DNA of 64,000 bases from a virus: IMG/VR virus record IMGVR_UViG_3300033145_002663, positions 1 to 64,000 of that record. One strand, 5' to 3'. Below, piece by piece: positions 19,721 through 28,267 of the stretch. A program made the position numbers and the translations under genes. Under the pieces are notes generated by a model, which saw only the letters and a list, made by a program, of their open reading frames with translations, searched no databases and was not told the origin of the DNA. Position 1 is the stretch's first letter; every line of letters begins with the position of its first letter.

Positions 19721-20556
19721 AATCTTCACCATCAGCAACTTTTACAAATAATGAAGAAGGTACGGAACGCCGACCTGCAGAGTTATTCCATATCTGGAGG
19801 GGTTCCACCCACTGGAGATATACCAGCGGACTTAATCCAATTGTTTACAATGGAAACACTTATGTTCCGGGTCCGATTATGAGACAAACAATTCAGCATG
19901 ATAGTGATATTGCGGCGGATACCGTAACAATAACTTGTGCTCGAACCATGCCGCCATTTTCAGAGTATGGAGCTAATATGGCGATAGATAGTGTTTGGAT
20001 TACGATCTATAATGTGTTTTGGGATCAAAGTCCGATTGAAGCTTCACCTATTTTTTCGGGTTTAGTGGAAAAAATATCAGCCCAGGGCCCTGCTTATAGT
20101 ATCCCCTGCGTGTCTTTAGAATATGTCCTTCATAGATCCGTTCCAAGATATAGATATCAACCGGGTTGCAATCATACAATCTACAGTGCCAGGTGCGGGG
20201 TAACTGAAGCAACCTATCAAATAACAGCCACGGTAGACAGTATCAGTGCCAGTGGGTTTGTTTTAACATTATCCGGGGCAACCTTTGAGAGCAATGCGGC
20301 GCCTTATTATCTTCTTGGTAATTTATATTTCGGGGATCACAAACGTATGATCGTGGATCATTCGGGGTTAACGGTAACCATGAGATATGCTTTGGTTACT
20401 TTAGAGGCAGGAAGTTCAGTTATAGTTTCGGCAGGATGTGATAAATTAAAAGAAACCTGTCGGGATAAATTCGATAACATGGTTCATTATTTCGGGTTTC
20501 CCTATATTTCTTTTGAGAATCCAGTTCTAAGAACTTTTTCAAAACCGGTGTACTAA
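19717..20556 (+). CDS. DUF2163 / BR0599-family tail hub protein
   Basis: YQPGCNHTIYSARCGV and AGCDKLKETCRDKFDNMVHYFGFPYI Cys motifs. Confidence 0.9.
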   Translation: MKSSPSATFTNNEEGTERRPAELFHIWRGSTHWRYTSGLNPIVYNGNTYVPGPIMRQTIQHDSDIAADTVTITCARTMPPFSEYGANMAIDSVWITIYNVFWDQSPIEASPIFSGLVEKISAQGPAYSIPCVSLEYVLHRSVPRYRYQPGCNHTIYSARCGVTEATYQITATVDSISASGFVLTLSGATFESNAAPYYLLGNLYFGDHKRMIVDHSGLTVTMRYALVTLEAGSSVIVSAGCDKLKETCRDKFDNMVHYFGFPYISFENPVLRTFSKPVY

Positions 20557-21026
20557 TGGAATGGTATTTTACAGAAACAGAACGGCAGTTACAATTGAAA
20601 GCAATTATTGATTCATGGATTAACACCCCGTTCCGGCATCGATGTGCTGTAAAGGGTAAGCAGGGCGGTGTGGATTGCATCCATTTTTGTGCGGAAGTGT
20701 ATAAGGAATTAGGGGTGATAGATAGTTATAATATTCCTGAGTACGCTCCGGATTGGCATCTTCATCGTACAGGCGAAAAATTATTGCTTGGCATTTTTAA
20801 TTTTGCAGACTCACATCCAACGGGCACTTTAAAAAGTGTTGGGTACGCAAATCCAAAAAATGGGGATGTAATTATGTTTCAGTATGGCAGGGCTTCAGCT
20901 CATACGGCCATATATTATGAGAATCGAGTGTATCAGGTATTGACCGGTATGCGAGTAGAACCCCGACCATGGAATGATGCAACCACTAACTTTAGAAAAC
21001 AATATGGATTGAGGGTATATGAGTAG
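20556..21026 (+). CDS. NlpC/P60 tail-associated peptidase
   Basis: SWINTPFRH...GVDCIHF...HTAIY. Confidence 0.85.
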   Translation: MEWYFTETERQLQLKAIIDSWINTPFRHRCAVKGKQGGVDCIHFCAEVYKELGVIDSYNIPEYAPDWHLHRTGEKLLLGIFNFADSHPTGTLKSVGYANPKNGDVIMFQYGRASAHTAIYYENRVYQVLTGMRVEPRPWNDATTNFRKQYGLRVYE

Positions 21027-22368
21027 CTGGACTAATTTTTTTATTGCTGGATTTGCCGGTATAATAGGATTTATTGCTTCCGGTTTTAATCCCTATGTCG
21101 GAATGTTGACATTTTCTCTGGTCGCAGGAGTTGCGTCTTATATTAATCCTGTGACCCCTGATGTAGATTCTCCCGGGCAACCACAAATAGGTCAGCTTCA
21201 TATTGCAACGGCTTCGGAAGGAACGATCATTCCCGATGTTCTCGGCACGATTAAAACCACCGGTAATATTTTCTATTTTTTTGGAGATCGTAATGAAGAA
21301 GTTATGACAGAGGTTGAGGGAGGGAAAGGTGGTGCATCAGGCGAGGAATTTCTTTCCGGTTATAAATATTTTTGCTCCTGGCTTGTGGGTATTTGCTTAG
21401 GACCGGTGGATACTCTTTATGCCGTATATGCGGGGGATACTTTAGTTTGGGCGGGGGAGCTTGATTGTCCGGCCTCCGGTGGAGAAGAAACCATTACATT
21501 AGGCAATTTAGAGCCGGAACTTACCGGGAAAGAAGTTACTCATCATCATGATGTAACACATGTGTGCGAGCATTCCGGGAGCACAATAAAAGTTGTTACT
21601 CAACCCCCAGATCCCTGGCTGGATGCAACAGGAGAGTCAGCCCTCACTCCCTATGGTGTGGAATATATTAGTGGGACAATTTCTGCGGATTGGTACGATG
21701 CCACCAATGAATTTTTATATACCAAAACCGCTGTTATTCTTAACAGGACGTTTTCTCTCCTTGCACCATGCGCATCGATGGCCGACGCTCTAATGGGGAT
21801 AAATAATTTAACAGTTAATTCAGACCCTTTCAGCGATTCAGCTTATCAATATAAAAATGCCCAGTTACATTTAGTATTTCGATACGAGTACGATGAATCA
21901 GAAACTGCGACTTCAATGGGGTCGATGACATTTTATTTTGGTACGGATGATCAGGTAGCGAATAGTACTGTCGGGGGCTCCTTGGCGGACGGTACGCTTA
22001 ATCCCGCATACCGTGGATTATGCTATGCGTTTTTTAATGATAATTATATTGGCAGAAACAACGGTGCGCCCACTATGCGGTTTGTTGTTGGAAAACGTCC
22101 GAAGTATGCGTTCAGTGCTTTAGAATCTATTAATGCTTACGATTATAACATTGCACATGCGATTTATCATATTTTAGTAAATGACATGCATTTAGGTTTG
22201 GGTACCGATTTAATTGGTAATGCCACTTTTGCCCAGGTAGCCGCGACCTTAAGTGGTGAGGGCAGGGGAATCAGTGCGTTAATTGGTACACAGCAATCTG
22301 CCAGCACATATATTGAGGCTTTTTTACTTCATGGAGGAGGGATGCTTACGAGCAGCTCAGACGAATGA
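21019..22368 (+). CDS. Tail tip / host-specificity protein, N-terminal part
   Basis: TASEGTIIPDVLGT, VEGGKGG, ICLGPVD, PAYRGLCY, NIAHAIYHIL, EGRGIS motifs of phage tail-tip proteins. Confidence 0.8.
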   Translation: MSSWTNFFIAGFAGIIGFIASGFNPYVGMLTFSLVAGVASYINPVTPDVDSPGQPQIGQLHIATASEGTIIPDVLGTIKTTGNIFYFFGDRNEEVMTEVEGGKGGASGEEFLSGYKYFCSWLVGICLGPVDTLYAVYAGDTLVWAGELDCPASGGEETITLGNLEPELTGKEVTHHHDVTHVCEHSGSTIKVVTQPPDPWLDATGESALTPYGVEYISGTISADWYDATNEFLYTKTAVILNRTFSLLAPCASMADALMGINNLTVNSDPFSDSAYQYKNAQLHLVFRYEYDESETATSMGSMTFYFGTDDQVANSTVGGSLADGTLNPAYRGLCYAFFNDNYIGRNNGAPTMRFVVGKRPKYAFSALESINAYDYNIAHAIYHILVNDMHLGLGTDLIGNATFAQVAATLSGEGRGISALIGTQQSASTYIEAFLLHGGGMLTSSSDE

Positions 22369-22664
22369 TAGCCTATAAATGTAAATGCGGTGCGACTTCT
22401 TTTAATGGAGTTGAGTGCCCGGTGTGCAGCTCAAAAGACTTGATTATTATTAAGGAGACTAACGGTGTTCGAATATTAAAGAAATGGGAAGATGGAACGG
22501 TGGTAGTTTTATTTCCATTTCCTGTTGCAAATCACCTGCATGACCCGGGTTTTTGGAATTTGCTTATCAGTGAAAGAATTTATACTGAAGGTCATGTATT
22601 AATGAACTACTTGGACGAATTGGAAAATGAGTCACTCATTCAAACTAAAATTATTAAGAGATGA
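22365..22664 (+). CDS. Hypothetical Cys-rich protein between tail-tip fragments
   Basis: CKCG...CPVC N-terminus; overlaps both neighbours. Confidence 0.5.
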   Translation: MIAYKCKCGATSFNGVECPVCSSKDLIIIKETNGVRILKKWEDGTVVVLFPFPVANHLHDPGFWNLLISERIYTEGHVLMNYLDELENESLIQTKIIKR

Positions 22665-23901
22665 TATTGCTTTAGCTTCCATACCGGATTTACCAAGCAA
22701 TGCTTTATTGTCTCCACCCGTAGTAACTCGAAAGTCATTAATTGGTTGTGTTAATGATGTACGAGTTAATTATGTTTTGAGAGTTGGATTGCCTGATATA
22801 TCCATTTCTTACCTTTCGTGCGATTATAGTGTTGCACAGGTAGTTTTGTCTAATGGCACTATTTACACTTGGGGGGATGGATGGTGTGGCCAATTAGGGA
22901 ATAATACGGATGATGAGGTTTTAAGTTCTGCCCCTGTAATCCCGTATGGCGATCATAATTTTATTTATGGTGGAATTTATCCTGAGCATGCTTGGGGTAT
23001 AGATGATCAAGGACAATTATGGTGTTGGGGAGAAGGGGATAATGGGGAATATGGCGATGGAAGTCACGGTAGTGTAGAATACCCTATAGAAGGAGGAATT
23101 GGTTATTTTTTCTCAAAAGTTCGTATGGGTGGTCGGCATACTATGGGTTTAGAATCTGGTACTGGAAAGTTGTATGGTTGGGGATATCAAACAGGTGGGG
23201 ATCCCGCACAAGGGGAATGTGGTTTAGGTCCGGCATATACTCCTATTGAGGGATTAATTGTCCTGCTTCCAGTACAGGAATATTTAGGCAAAACAGATTG
23301 GGTAGACGTTTGGTGTGGTTGGAACTTTTCAATTGCGATTGATTCTTCGGGAAGATTATGGGGGACAGGCAATAATGGATGTAGTTGTATTGGTCAACCG
23401 GGCGAAAGTGGTGGTCATCAAATTCAATTCACACAAATAGGCACTGATACAGACTGGGCAAAGGTAAGAGTTGGGGATTGTCATTGTTTAGCTCAGAAAA
23501 ATAATGGAGACGTTTATTATTGGGGTACAAATACTTCTGGGCAGTTTGGCGATGGTACTGCGAAGTATACCGGTGAAACGTATACCCCAGTAAAGATGGA
23601 GATCCCCGATGTCCAAGATTTTATGTGTGGAGCGTTCTTTTCTGCCATCCTGAAATCCGATGGGACTTTATGGATGGCTGGAGAAAACTCAGCAGGGCAA
23701 TTAGGACTTGGATATAGGCCAACTGATGTCTTAATATATACTCAAATAACGAATTGCCCAGCATTTTCAAAGATAGCAGAGCAGGGAGAAGCCCACATGC
23801 TGGCAGTTACTGAAGATAACCAAGTTTATGAATGGGGTTATACAATGGACGGGTATTATACGGTACCTACATTAGTAAACTTTGATTTTACAGGAAGTTA
23901 A
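22627..23901 (+). CDS. Tail-tip middle fragment fused to an RCC1-repeat beta-propeller (candidate receptor-binding protein)
   Basis: N-terminal FKLKLLRDD...VNDVRVNY segment, then about 7 repeats of G.(L/V)(Y/W).WG.N..GQLG. Confidence 0.85.
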   Translation: MSHSFKLKLLRDDIALASIPDLPSNALLSPPVVTRKSLIGCVNDVRVNYVLRVGLPDISISYLSCDYSVAQVVLSNGTIYTWGDGWCGQLGNNTDDEVLSSAPVIPYGDHNFIYGGIYPEHAWGIDDQGQLWCWGEGDNGEYGDGSHGSVEYPIEGGIGYFFSKVRMGGRHTMGLESGTGKLYGWGYQTGGDPAQGECGLGPAYTPIEGLIVLLPVQEYLGKTDWVDVWCGWNFSIAIDSSGRLWGTGNNGCSCIGQPGESGGHQIQFTQIGTDTDWAKVRVGDCHCLAQKNNGDVYYWGTNTSGQFGDGTAKYTGETYTPVKMEIPDVQDFMCGAFFSAILKSDGTLWMAGENSAGQLGLGYRPTDVLIYTQITNCPAFSKIAEQGEAHMLAVTEDNQVYEWGYTMDGYYTVPTLVNFDFTGS

Positions 23902-23904
23902 AAA

Positions 23905-25299
23905 ATGGCAATTGGAGTAAATGTAAAAGAATCTGTTGTAATGTCTGAAGACCTGGGCAGTAAACAGGTGGTCGGAACTATTCATAAATCCGCACGGTTT
24001 ATGCTGTTCACAACCACACCGAATGCTCAGTGGGCGGCGGACAGAATTATACAGGAGAATGCTTATCCTTTTGCGGATGTTGTAATTGAAACAAACCGTA
24101 AATTATTTCGATATATGCCGGGGGATGTTTTTAGGCTCACCTATGCTCGTTATAGCGAGAATTTGATCTTGCGGGTTTTAAATATACAGGAAGAGGATTT
24201 ATTGTCCGGAAAAATTATTGTTTCCTGCATCGAGGATCCTCGATATGCAGGTCAGTTAATTCCAGCGGATACCATGGACATTCCCGTTGGAGAGGGTGAT
24301 GAAGGACCCACTCAATTCCCGTTAGAACCGCTCGACAATTTTACAATCAAGGAAGCTCCCTACGTGCTTGTCGGAGATGAAATTAAAATCATTACCCTGG
24401 TGGGCAGAGAAAAAGGGTACGAGGTTGGGTATGCTTTGTACATGTCCATTGACGATGGGGCTTCATTCGCCAAGATTCAGGATGCAACTTCTTTTGCGGT
24501 TCATGGTACATTGGCATCTGCTTACACGGACCAGACCAATATTATTGATGACGATGTAGGCTTTGATGTCATTATTGAGACAGATGCGGATGCAATTCAG
24601 AGTGTTACCAGGGATCAGTTATTTACGGCAACAAATTTGGCGGTTATACATAATGAAATCGTTACCTTCCAGACCATTACGCCTTATGGCTCTGATAACA
24701 AATATAAGATTGAAGGCATTTATAGAATGAGATGGGGGACAGATCAGGTTCATCATTCAGTCGGAGAAGATTTTTATTTTATTGGTGGCGGAAGGTATGA
24801 AATTTTAACGAATGTCGAATTTGTTTTAGGCGCTCAGATTTATTTTAAGGTCGTTCCTTACTCAGGATATACAATAAGTGCTATAGAGTATGCCATGCCA
24901 AAATACATTGAGTTGGCAGGGACTGCCAGGGAACCTTATGATCCGTGCAATTTAATAGCGAATGGCGTTGCCTTAGATCCTACGTACTCTACCAATATAG
25001 ATCTTGCCTGGAATCCAAGGGTTAGGGGCGATGGCGCAGGTCTTGAAAATCCGGATTATTATACAGATGCTGAAAATACATGGGAAGGTTTGTTTGAAGT
25101 GCAAGTGTGGGTGTCTTCCTCGCTGGTTCGTACAATAACAGGGATCGATAATGATCATTATGTATATACCGAAGCTATGAATTTAATAGACAACGGCAGT
25201 TTAGCCGGCTCGATTGAGTTCTGGCTGCGTAATTATATCGATGTTAGTGGTCAGACATATTATTCGGCATGGGTTAAAAGAACGGTAACTAAGATATGA
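23905..25299 (+). CDS. Tail tip protein, C-terminal part
   Basis: YMPGDVFRLTY, LRVLNIQE, NEIVTFQ, GIYRMRWGT, IDLAWNPR patterns typical of GTA-like tail proteins. Confidence 0.8.
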   Translation: MAIGVNVKESVVMSEDLGSKQVVGTIHKSARFMLFTTTPNAQWAADRIIQENAYPFADVVIETNRKLFRYMPGDVFRLTYARYSENLILRVLNIQEEDLLSGKIIVSCIEDPRYAGQLIPADTMDIPVGEGDEGPTQFPLEPLDNFTIKEAPYVLVGDEIKIITLVGREKGYEVGYALYMSIDDGASFAKIQDATSFAVHGTLASAYTDQTNIIDDDVGFDVIIETDADAIQSVTRDQLFTATNLAVIHNEIVTFQTITPYGSDNKYKIEGIYRMRWGTDQVHHSVGEDFYFIGGGRYEILTNVEFVLGAQIYFKVVPYSGYTISAIEYAMPKYIELAGTAREPYDPCNLIANGVALDPTYSTNIDLAWNPRVRGDGAGLENPDYYTDAENTWEGLFEVQVWVSSSLVRTITGIDNDHYVYTEAMNLIDNGSLAGSIEFWLRNYIDVSGQTYYSAWVKRTVTKI

Positions 25300-25463
25300 G
25301 CACAACATTCAAATTAAAATTATTAAGAGAGGATGTACCCCTTGATTCTATCCCGGAATTGCCGAGTGAGGTTTTGTTGTCAGCACCCGTAATAACTCGT
25401 AAGAACCCTCAGGCATTGATTAATGATGTCCGTGTAAACTTTGTGAAAAGAATTGGGGAATAA
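25296..25463 (+). CDS. 55-aa stand-alone paralog of the N-terminal module of the RCC1 protein (absent from the ORF track)
   Basis: MSTTFKLKLLREDVPLDSIPELPSEVLLSAPVITRKNPQALINDVRVNFVKRIGE; ATGA overlap with the upstream stop. Confidence 0.85.
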   Translation: MSTTFKLKLLREDVPLDSIPELPSEVLLSAPVITRKNPQALINDVRVNFVKRIGE

Positions 25464-25465
25464 AA

Positions 25466-25657
25466 ATGAAACGACAATTACCGGATAAAATATATTTAAT
25501 CCTGGAAGAAACTTTTGACAAAATTATTGAGGAATTAGGTGAGAATGAAATTCATGGTCATAAATTTCATATGGTCGAGAGAGAATTCAGGTTTATGATA
25601 CGGAATAAACGGCATGAAGCGAGGAAATCATGGCAACAACAACTAAATATGGTTTAG
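25466..25657 (+). CDS. Hypothetical protein
   Basis: 63-aa ORF filling the operon. Confidence 0.45.
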   Translation: MKRQLPDKIYLILEETFDKIIEELGENEIHGHKFHMVEREFRFMIRNKRHEARKSWQQQLNMV

Positions 25658-26091
25658 TTACAGTCGAGTATGGTGTTACCGGGTGGAACGGAATTTTAAA
25701 AACTTCCACTCAACAGATAGATTATTTTCTCCATACATACGCACGATTTCGGGTAGCCTCTGGGGAATCCATTGCTCCATACAGACCCGTATGCCTGCAG
25801 AACGGACAGTGGAAGTTGGCCATGGATGACGGTTCCGGGCGTCTCCCGAATGTTGGTCTCTCCATTGAATCCACCACAAAGGGGAGCGGGGAGTACCTGC
25901 GGGCTCAGCGCTGCGGGCCGGTAACGAACAACTCCGGGGAAGCGGCCTGGTCCTGGGACCCGGTAAGCGGGGAAGTCTGGACGAATGAATCGGGAGAATT
26001 GGTTCAGGGTGTGTCCGGTGAGAGCTGGCGGAACCGCCAGGCACGTGTAGGGTGCGTATCTGATGAAACAACTATTTTTATTCAATTATAA
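25630..26091 (+). CDS. Putative virion structural / tail-associated protein
   Basis: MATTTKYGL...GWN N-terminus and GESIAPYRPV...WKLA pattern seen in small virion proteins. Confidence 0.5.
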   Translation: MATTTKYGLVTVEYGVTGWNGILKTSTQQIDYFLHTYARFRVASGESIAPYRPVCLQNGQWKLAMDDGSGRLPNVGLSIESTTKGSGEYLRAQRCGPVTNNSGEAAWSWDPVSGEVWTNESGELVQGVSGESWRNRQARVGCVSDETTIFIQL

Positions 26092-26094
26092 CGG

Positions 26095-26211
26095 ACGGAC
26101 CGCCGATAAGCCGGCAGCAAATCGACGGCCCTGACCTAATAACCTGTATCGAGGCTATCCGGCTGATGCCCTATATCAGAGGATAACCCCATAAGGCAAG
26201 GGGGATTAACG
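26095..26211 (+). promoter_or_regulatory. Structured leader upstream of the lysis genes
   Basis: Hairpins GCCG/CGGC, TATCC-CTGAT/ATCAG-GGATA and CCCC/GGGG; the last covers the SD. Confidence 0.4.
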
Positions 26212-26538
26212 ATGAGCGATCCGAATTTGATGAGTTATGCTGGACTTGTAGCTGTAGGGACTGGGATTGGTATCAGCGGCAGGATTGTGTTTGATTGGTT
26301 AAAGAATCGAAATGGTAACCAATCAAAAGAGACTGATATTCATAGCGCTTTAAGTTCGTCAGAATGCTTTAAATGGAAAACCGGTGTTGAGACGTCTTTA
26401 GCAACGCAGGGGAATACTTTAATAAATCATGAAAAACGCCTTGATAAAGGCAGTCAGGATTTCGAAGGAATAAAAAAGAGCATAGCCGGCATTGATATAA
26501 GCATGGCTGTATTTGCGGAAAAATTAGAAAAGGAGTAA
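26212..26538 (+). CDS. Membrane-anchored coiled-coil protein (holin/antiholin-like)
   Basis: One N-terminal hydrophobic segment followed by a coiled coil; position after tail genes. Confidence 0.5.
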   Translation: MSDPNLMSYAGLVAVGTGIGISGRIVFDWLKNRNGNQSKETDIHSALSSSECFKWKTGVETSLATQGNTLINHEKRLDKGSQDFEGIKKSIAGIDISMAVFAEKLEKE

Positions 26539-26544
26539 TTAATC

Positions 26545-27057
26545 ATGGAATTTGATTGGAAATCAGTGGTTAAGGCCGTGGCGCCGACCATTGCGACAGC
26601 TCTTGGAGGGCCTTTAACAGGCCTAGGCGTGAAGGCAATCAGTGAGGCTATCCTGGGGAACGGTGATGGTACCGAGGAGGATATTTCTCTGGCTCTGCAG
26701 GGTGCCACTCCTGAGATTCTGGCAACTTTGAAAAAGGCTGACCAGGATTTCAAAGTCCAGATGAAAAAATTGGATATCGATTTAACCAAGCTGGACTATG
26801 ACGATGCCGACTCGGCACGAAAGCGCCAGATGGAAGTTAAGGACACCACGCCCGATGTGCTTGCATATCTGTTACTTGCTTCATTTGTGGGGGCATTAAT
26901 GACATTGTTCTGGTGTGTGATTCCGCCGGGGAATGAGAAGTTGATTTACACCATGCTCGGGTCCCTGGGTACGCTCACGATCGGCGCAATGGCCTATTTC
27001 CATGGTTCAAGCAGAGGGTCCGCGAAGAAGGATCATATAATTCAGAATCAGAAATAG
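26545..27057 (+). CDS. Holin (3TM / GTA-type)
   Basis: VAPTIATALGGPL, DADSARKRQ, two C-terminal TM segments, YFHGSSRGSAKKD. Confidence 0.75.
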   Translation: MEFDWKSVVKAVAPTIATALGGPLTGLGVKAISEAILGNGDGTEEDISLALQGATPEILATLKKADQDFKVQMKKLDIDLTKLDYDDADSARKRQMEVKDTTPDVLAYLLLASFVGALMTLFWCVIPPGNEKLIYTMLGSLGTLTIGAMAYFHGSSRGSAKKDHIIQNQK

Positions 27058-27473
27058 GACATGCCTCCTCCACCCCTTCCGGTAATAACAGGAGGGGTTT
27101 GGAGTTCCTTAATAACAAACCCAAATCTCTCCATTATTTGCCCAAATTTATTATTTGCATATTTTATCATTTGGTGAAAATTAAGCTCGCCCGGAAATAT
27201 AAACATTGAATTTGAACCAGGCCTTTTATCGATAGAATAATCATGAAAAGCAAGGATAGTAAACCCATCAAAATGATGCAACAATGCCGCCCCTTCTGTT
27301 GAGCCGAATTGTGGAGTTAACTTGCCATCCATGCTTGAAATCCAATTAGAAAATCTATTATATATTTTGGCCCCATTTTTTTTAAAGACATAATGACCAG
27401 GCCTTCCAATGCAACCAAAATAATAGCCTTCTGATTGTTTTAATTTTTCAAGTTCGTTTTTATCCATTTTCAT
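27048..27473 (-). CDS. Hypothetical phage protein
   Basis: YFGCIGRPGHY...FHDYSIDKRPGSNSMF; start placed at ATG 27473 because the longer ORF runs through attP arm sites. Confidence 0.6.
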   Translation of the reverse strand: MKMDKNELEKLKQSEGYYFGCIGRPGHYVFKKNGAKIYNRFSNWISSMDGKLTPQFGSTEGAALLHHFDGFTILAFHDYSIDKRPGSNSMFIFPGELNFHQMIKYANNKFGQIMERFGFVIKELQTPPVITGRGGGGMSYF

Positions 27474-27547
27474 TGCAACCTTTTTGAAAAAAATGATATG
27501 GTTTTTTAAATAATGAATAGTAAATAATGGTGGGGGTGCTGGTGGTC

Positions 27548-27568
27548 TTGTCAACGTTTCGTCAATGT
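27548..27568 (+). repeat. Tandem arm-type integrase sites, left of the att core
   Basis: TTGTCAACGT-TTCGTCAATGT. Confidence 0.7.
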
Positions 27569-27615
27569 TTTTCGGCATATTTTTATTCATAACTTACTGA
27601 AATGATAACAACAAG

Positions 27616-27643
27616 TGGCGGAAGTGCATGGGAATCGAACCCA
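27616..27643 (-). other. attP core: 3' end of a tRNA-Sec (selC)-like gene
   Basis: Minus strand TGGGTTCGATTCCCATGCACTTCCGCCA gives a T-loop, a long acceptor strand and GCCA. No 5' half of a tRNA is present. Confidence 0.85.
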
Positions 27644-27699
27644 AACACAGGGTAGGTTACTTGTTGAAATCGTTGGATTTTTTGGTGGCTGATTCTGGG

Positions 27700-27722
27700 T
27701 TCGTCAATGTTTCGTCAACGTT
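27700..27722 (+). repeat. Tandem arm-type integrase sites, right of the att core
   Basis: TTCGTCAATGT-TTCGTCAACGT. Confidence 0.7.
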
Positions 27723-27829
27723 GGGGTTGAATCCCTTGTAATATGTTCCGCAGATGCAGTAGTAAAAGGATCTGTGATAGTCGTAATATCCATCCAATGA
27801 TCTTCCACACTTTAAACATTTAGGGTCTC

Positions 27830-28267
27830 TCATTTTTGTATCCCTCTAATAAAATCCCACACCTTCTCGCCAAAACAAACATCCATAGCGGTTTCAAATA
27901 TGTAATGGTCATAATCTTCATCAGCATAACCGTTTTTCGCAAGATCATTTATGTAATCCTGGCAGATTTTTTGTAGAGGCTTGGTGTCCGGTGAGTCAAT
28001 TAATTCGGGGATTTGAGGTTTCTGTTCGGTAAAGCTTAAACCAATATGAGTGTCAATATCGCTTGAAATTATCTTTGCTTGAAGGAAAGTCCCCATATCG
28101 AATTGTGGGTTTTTAAGTACGGAGGTCTTATATTCTTCCAGTAATTTTATTTCTTCCTTACCTAAATAAAGAATATTCGGCTTAAGTCCTGTTTTGCACT
28201 CATATTGCGCCATTTCGTTCTTTATTTTTATAACAATATTTTCACCACCTGGGAAGGCCTGGCTCAT
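27830..28267 (-). CDS. Hypothetical protein
   Basis: 145-aa ORF with SD GAGGAG. Confidence 0.6.
   Translation of the reverse strand: MSQAFPGGENIVIKIKNEMAQYECKTGLKPNILYLGKEEIKLLEEYKTSVLKNPQFDMGTFLQAKIISSDIDTHIGLSFTEQKPQIPELIDSPDTKPLQKICQDYINDLAKNGYADEDYDHYIFETAMDVCFGEKVWDFIRGIQK

Noticed and set aside
22360-22620. 7-bp direct repeat GACGAAT flanking the ORF between tail-tip fragments, as a target-site duplication or excisable element
   Set aside because: Precise excision would not put 21019 in frame with 22627, and a 7-mer match is plausible by chance
22627-25463. Diversity-generating retroelement (template/variable repeat) explaining the duplicated tail module
   Set aside because: No reverse transcriptase in the window; differences between the copies are not adenine-specific; the repeat is N-terminal, not C-terminal
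27062-27104. Intrinsic terminator between the convergent holin and 27048 genes
   Set aside because: An imperfect hairpin exists (CCCCTTCC...GGAGGGG), but it lies within the coding end of the minus-strand ORF and lacks a clear U-tract
27600-27720. Complete tRNA gene
   Set aside because: Only the T-arm and 3' acceptor strand are present, with no D-arm, anticodon arm or 5' strand. Treated as the att core.
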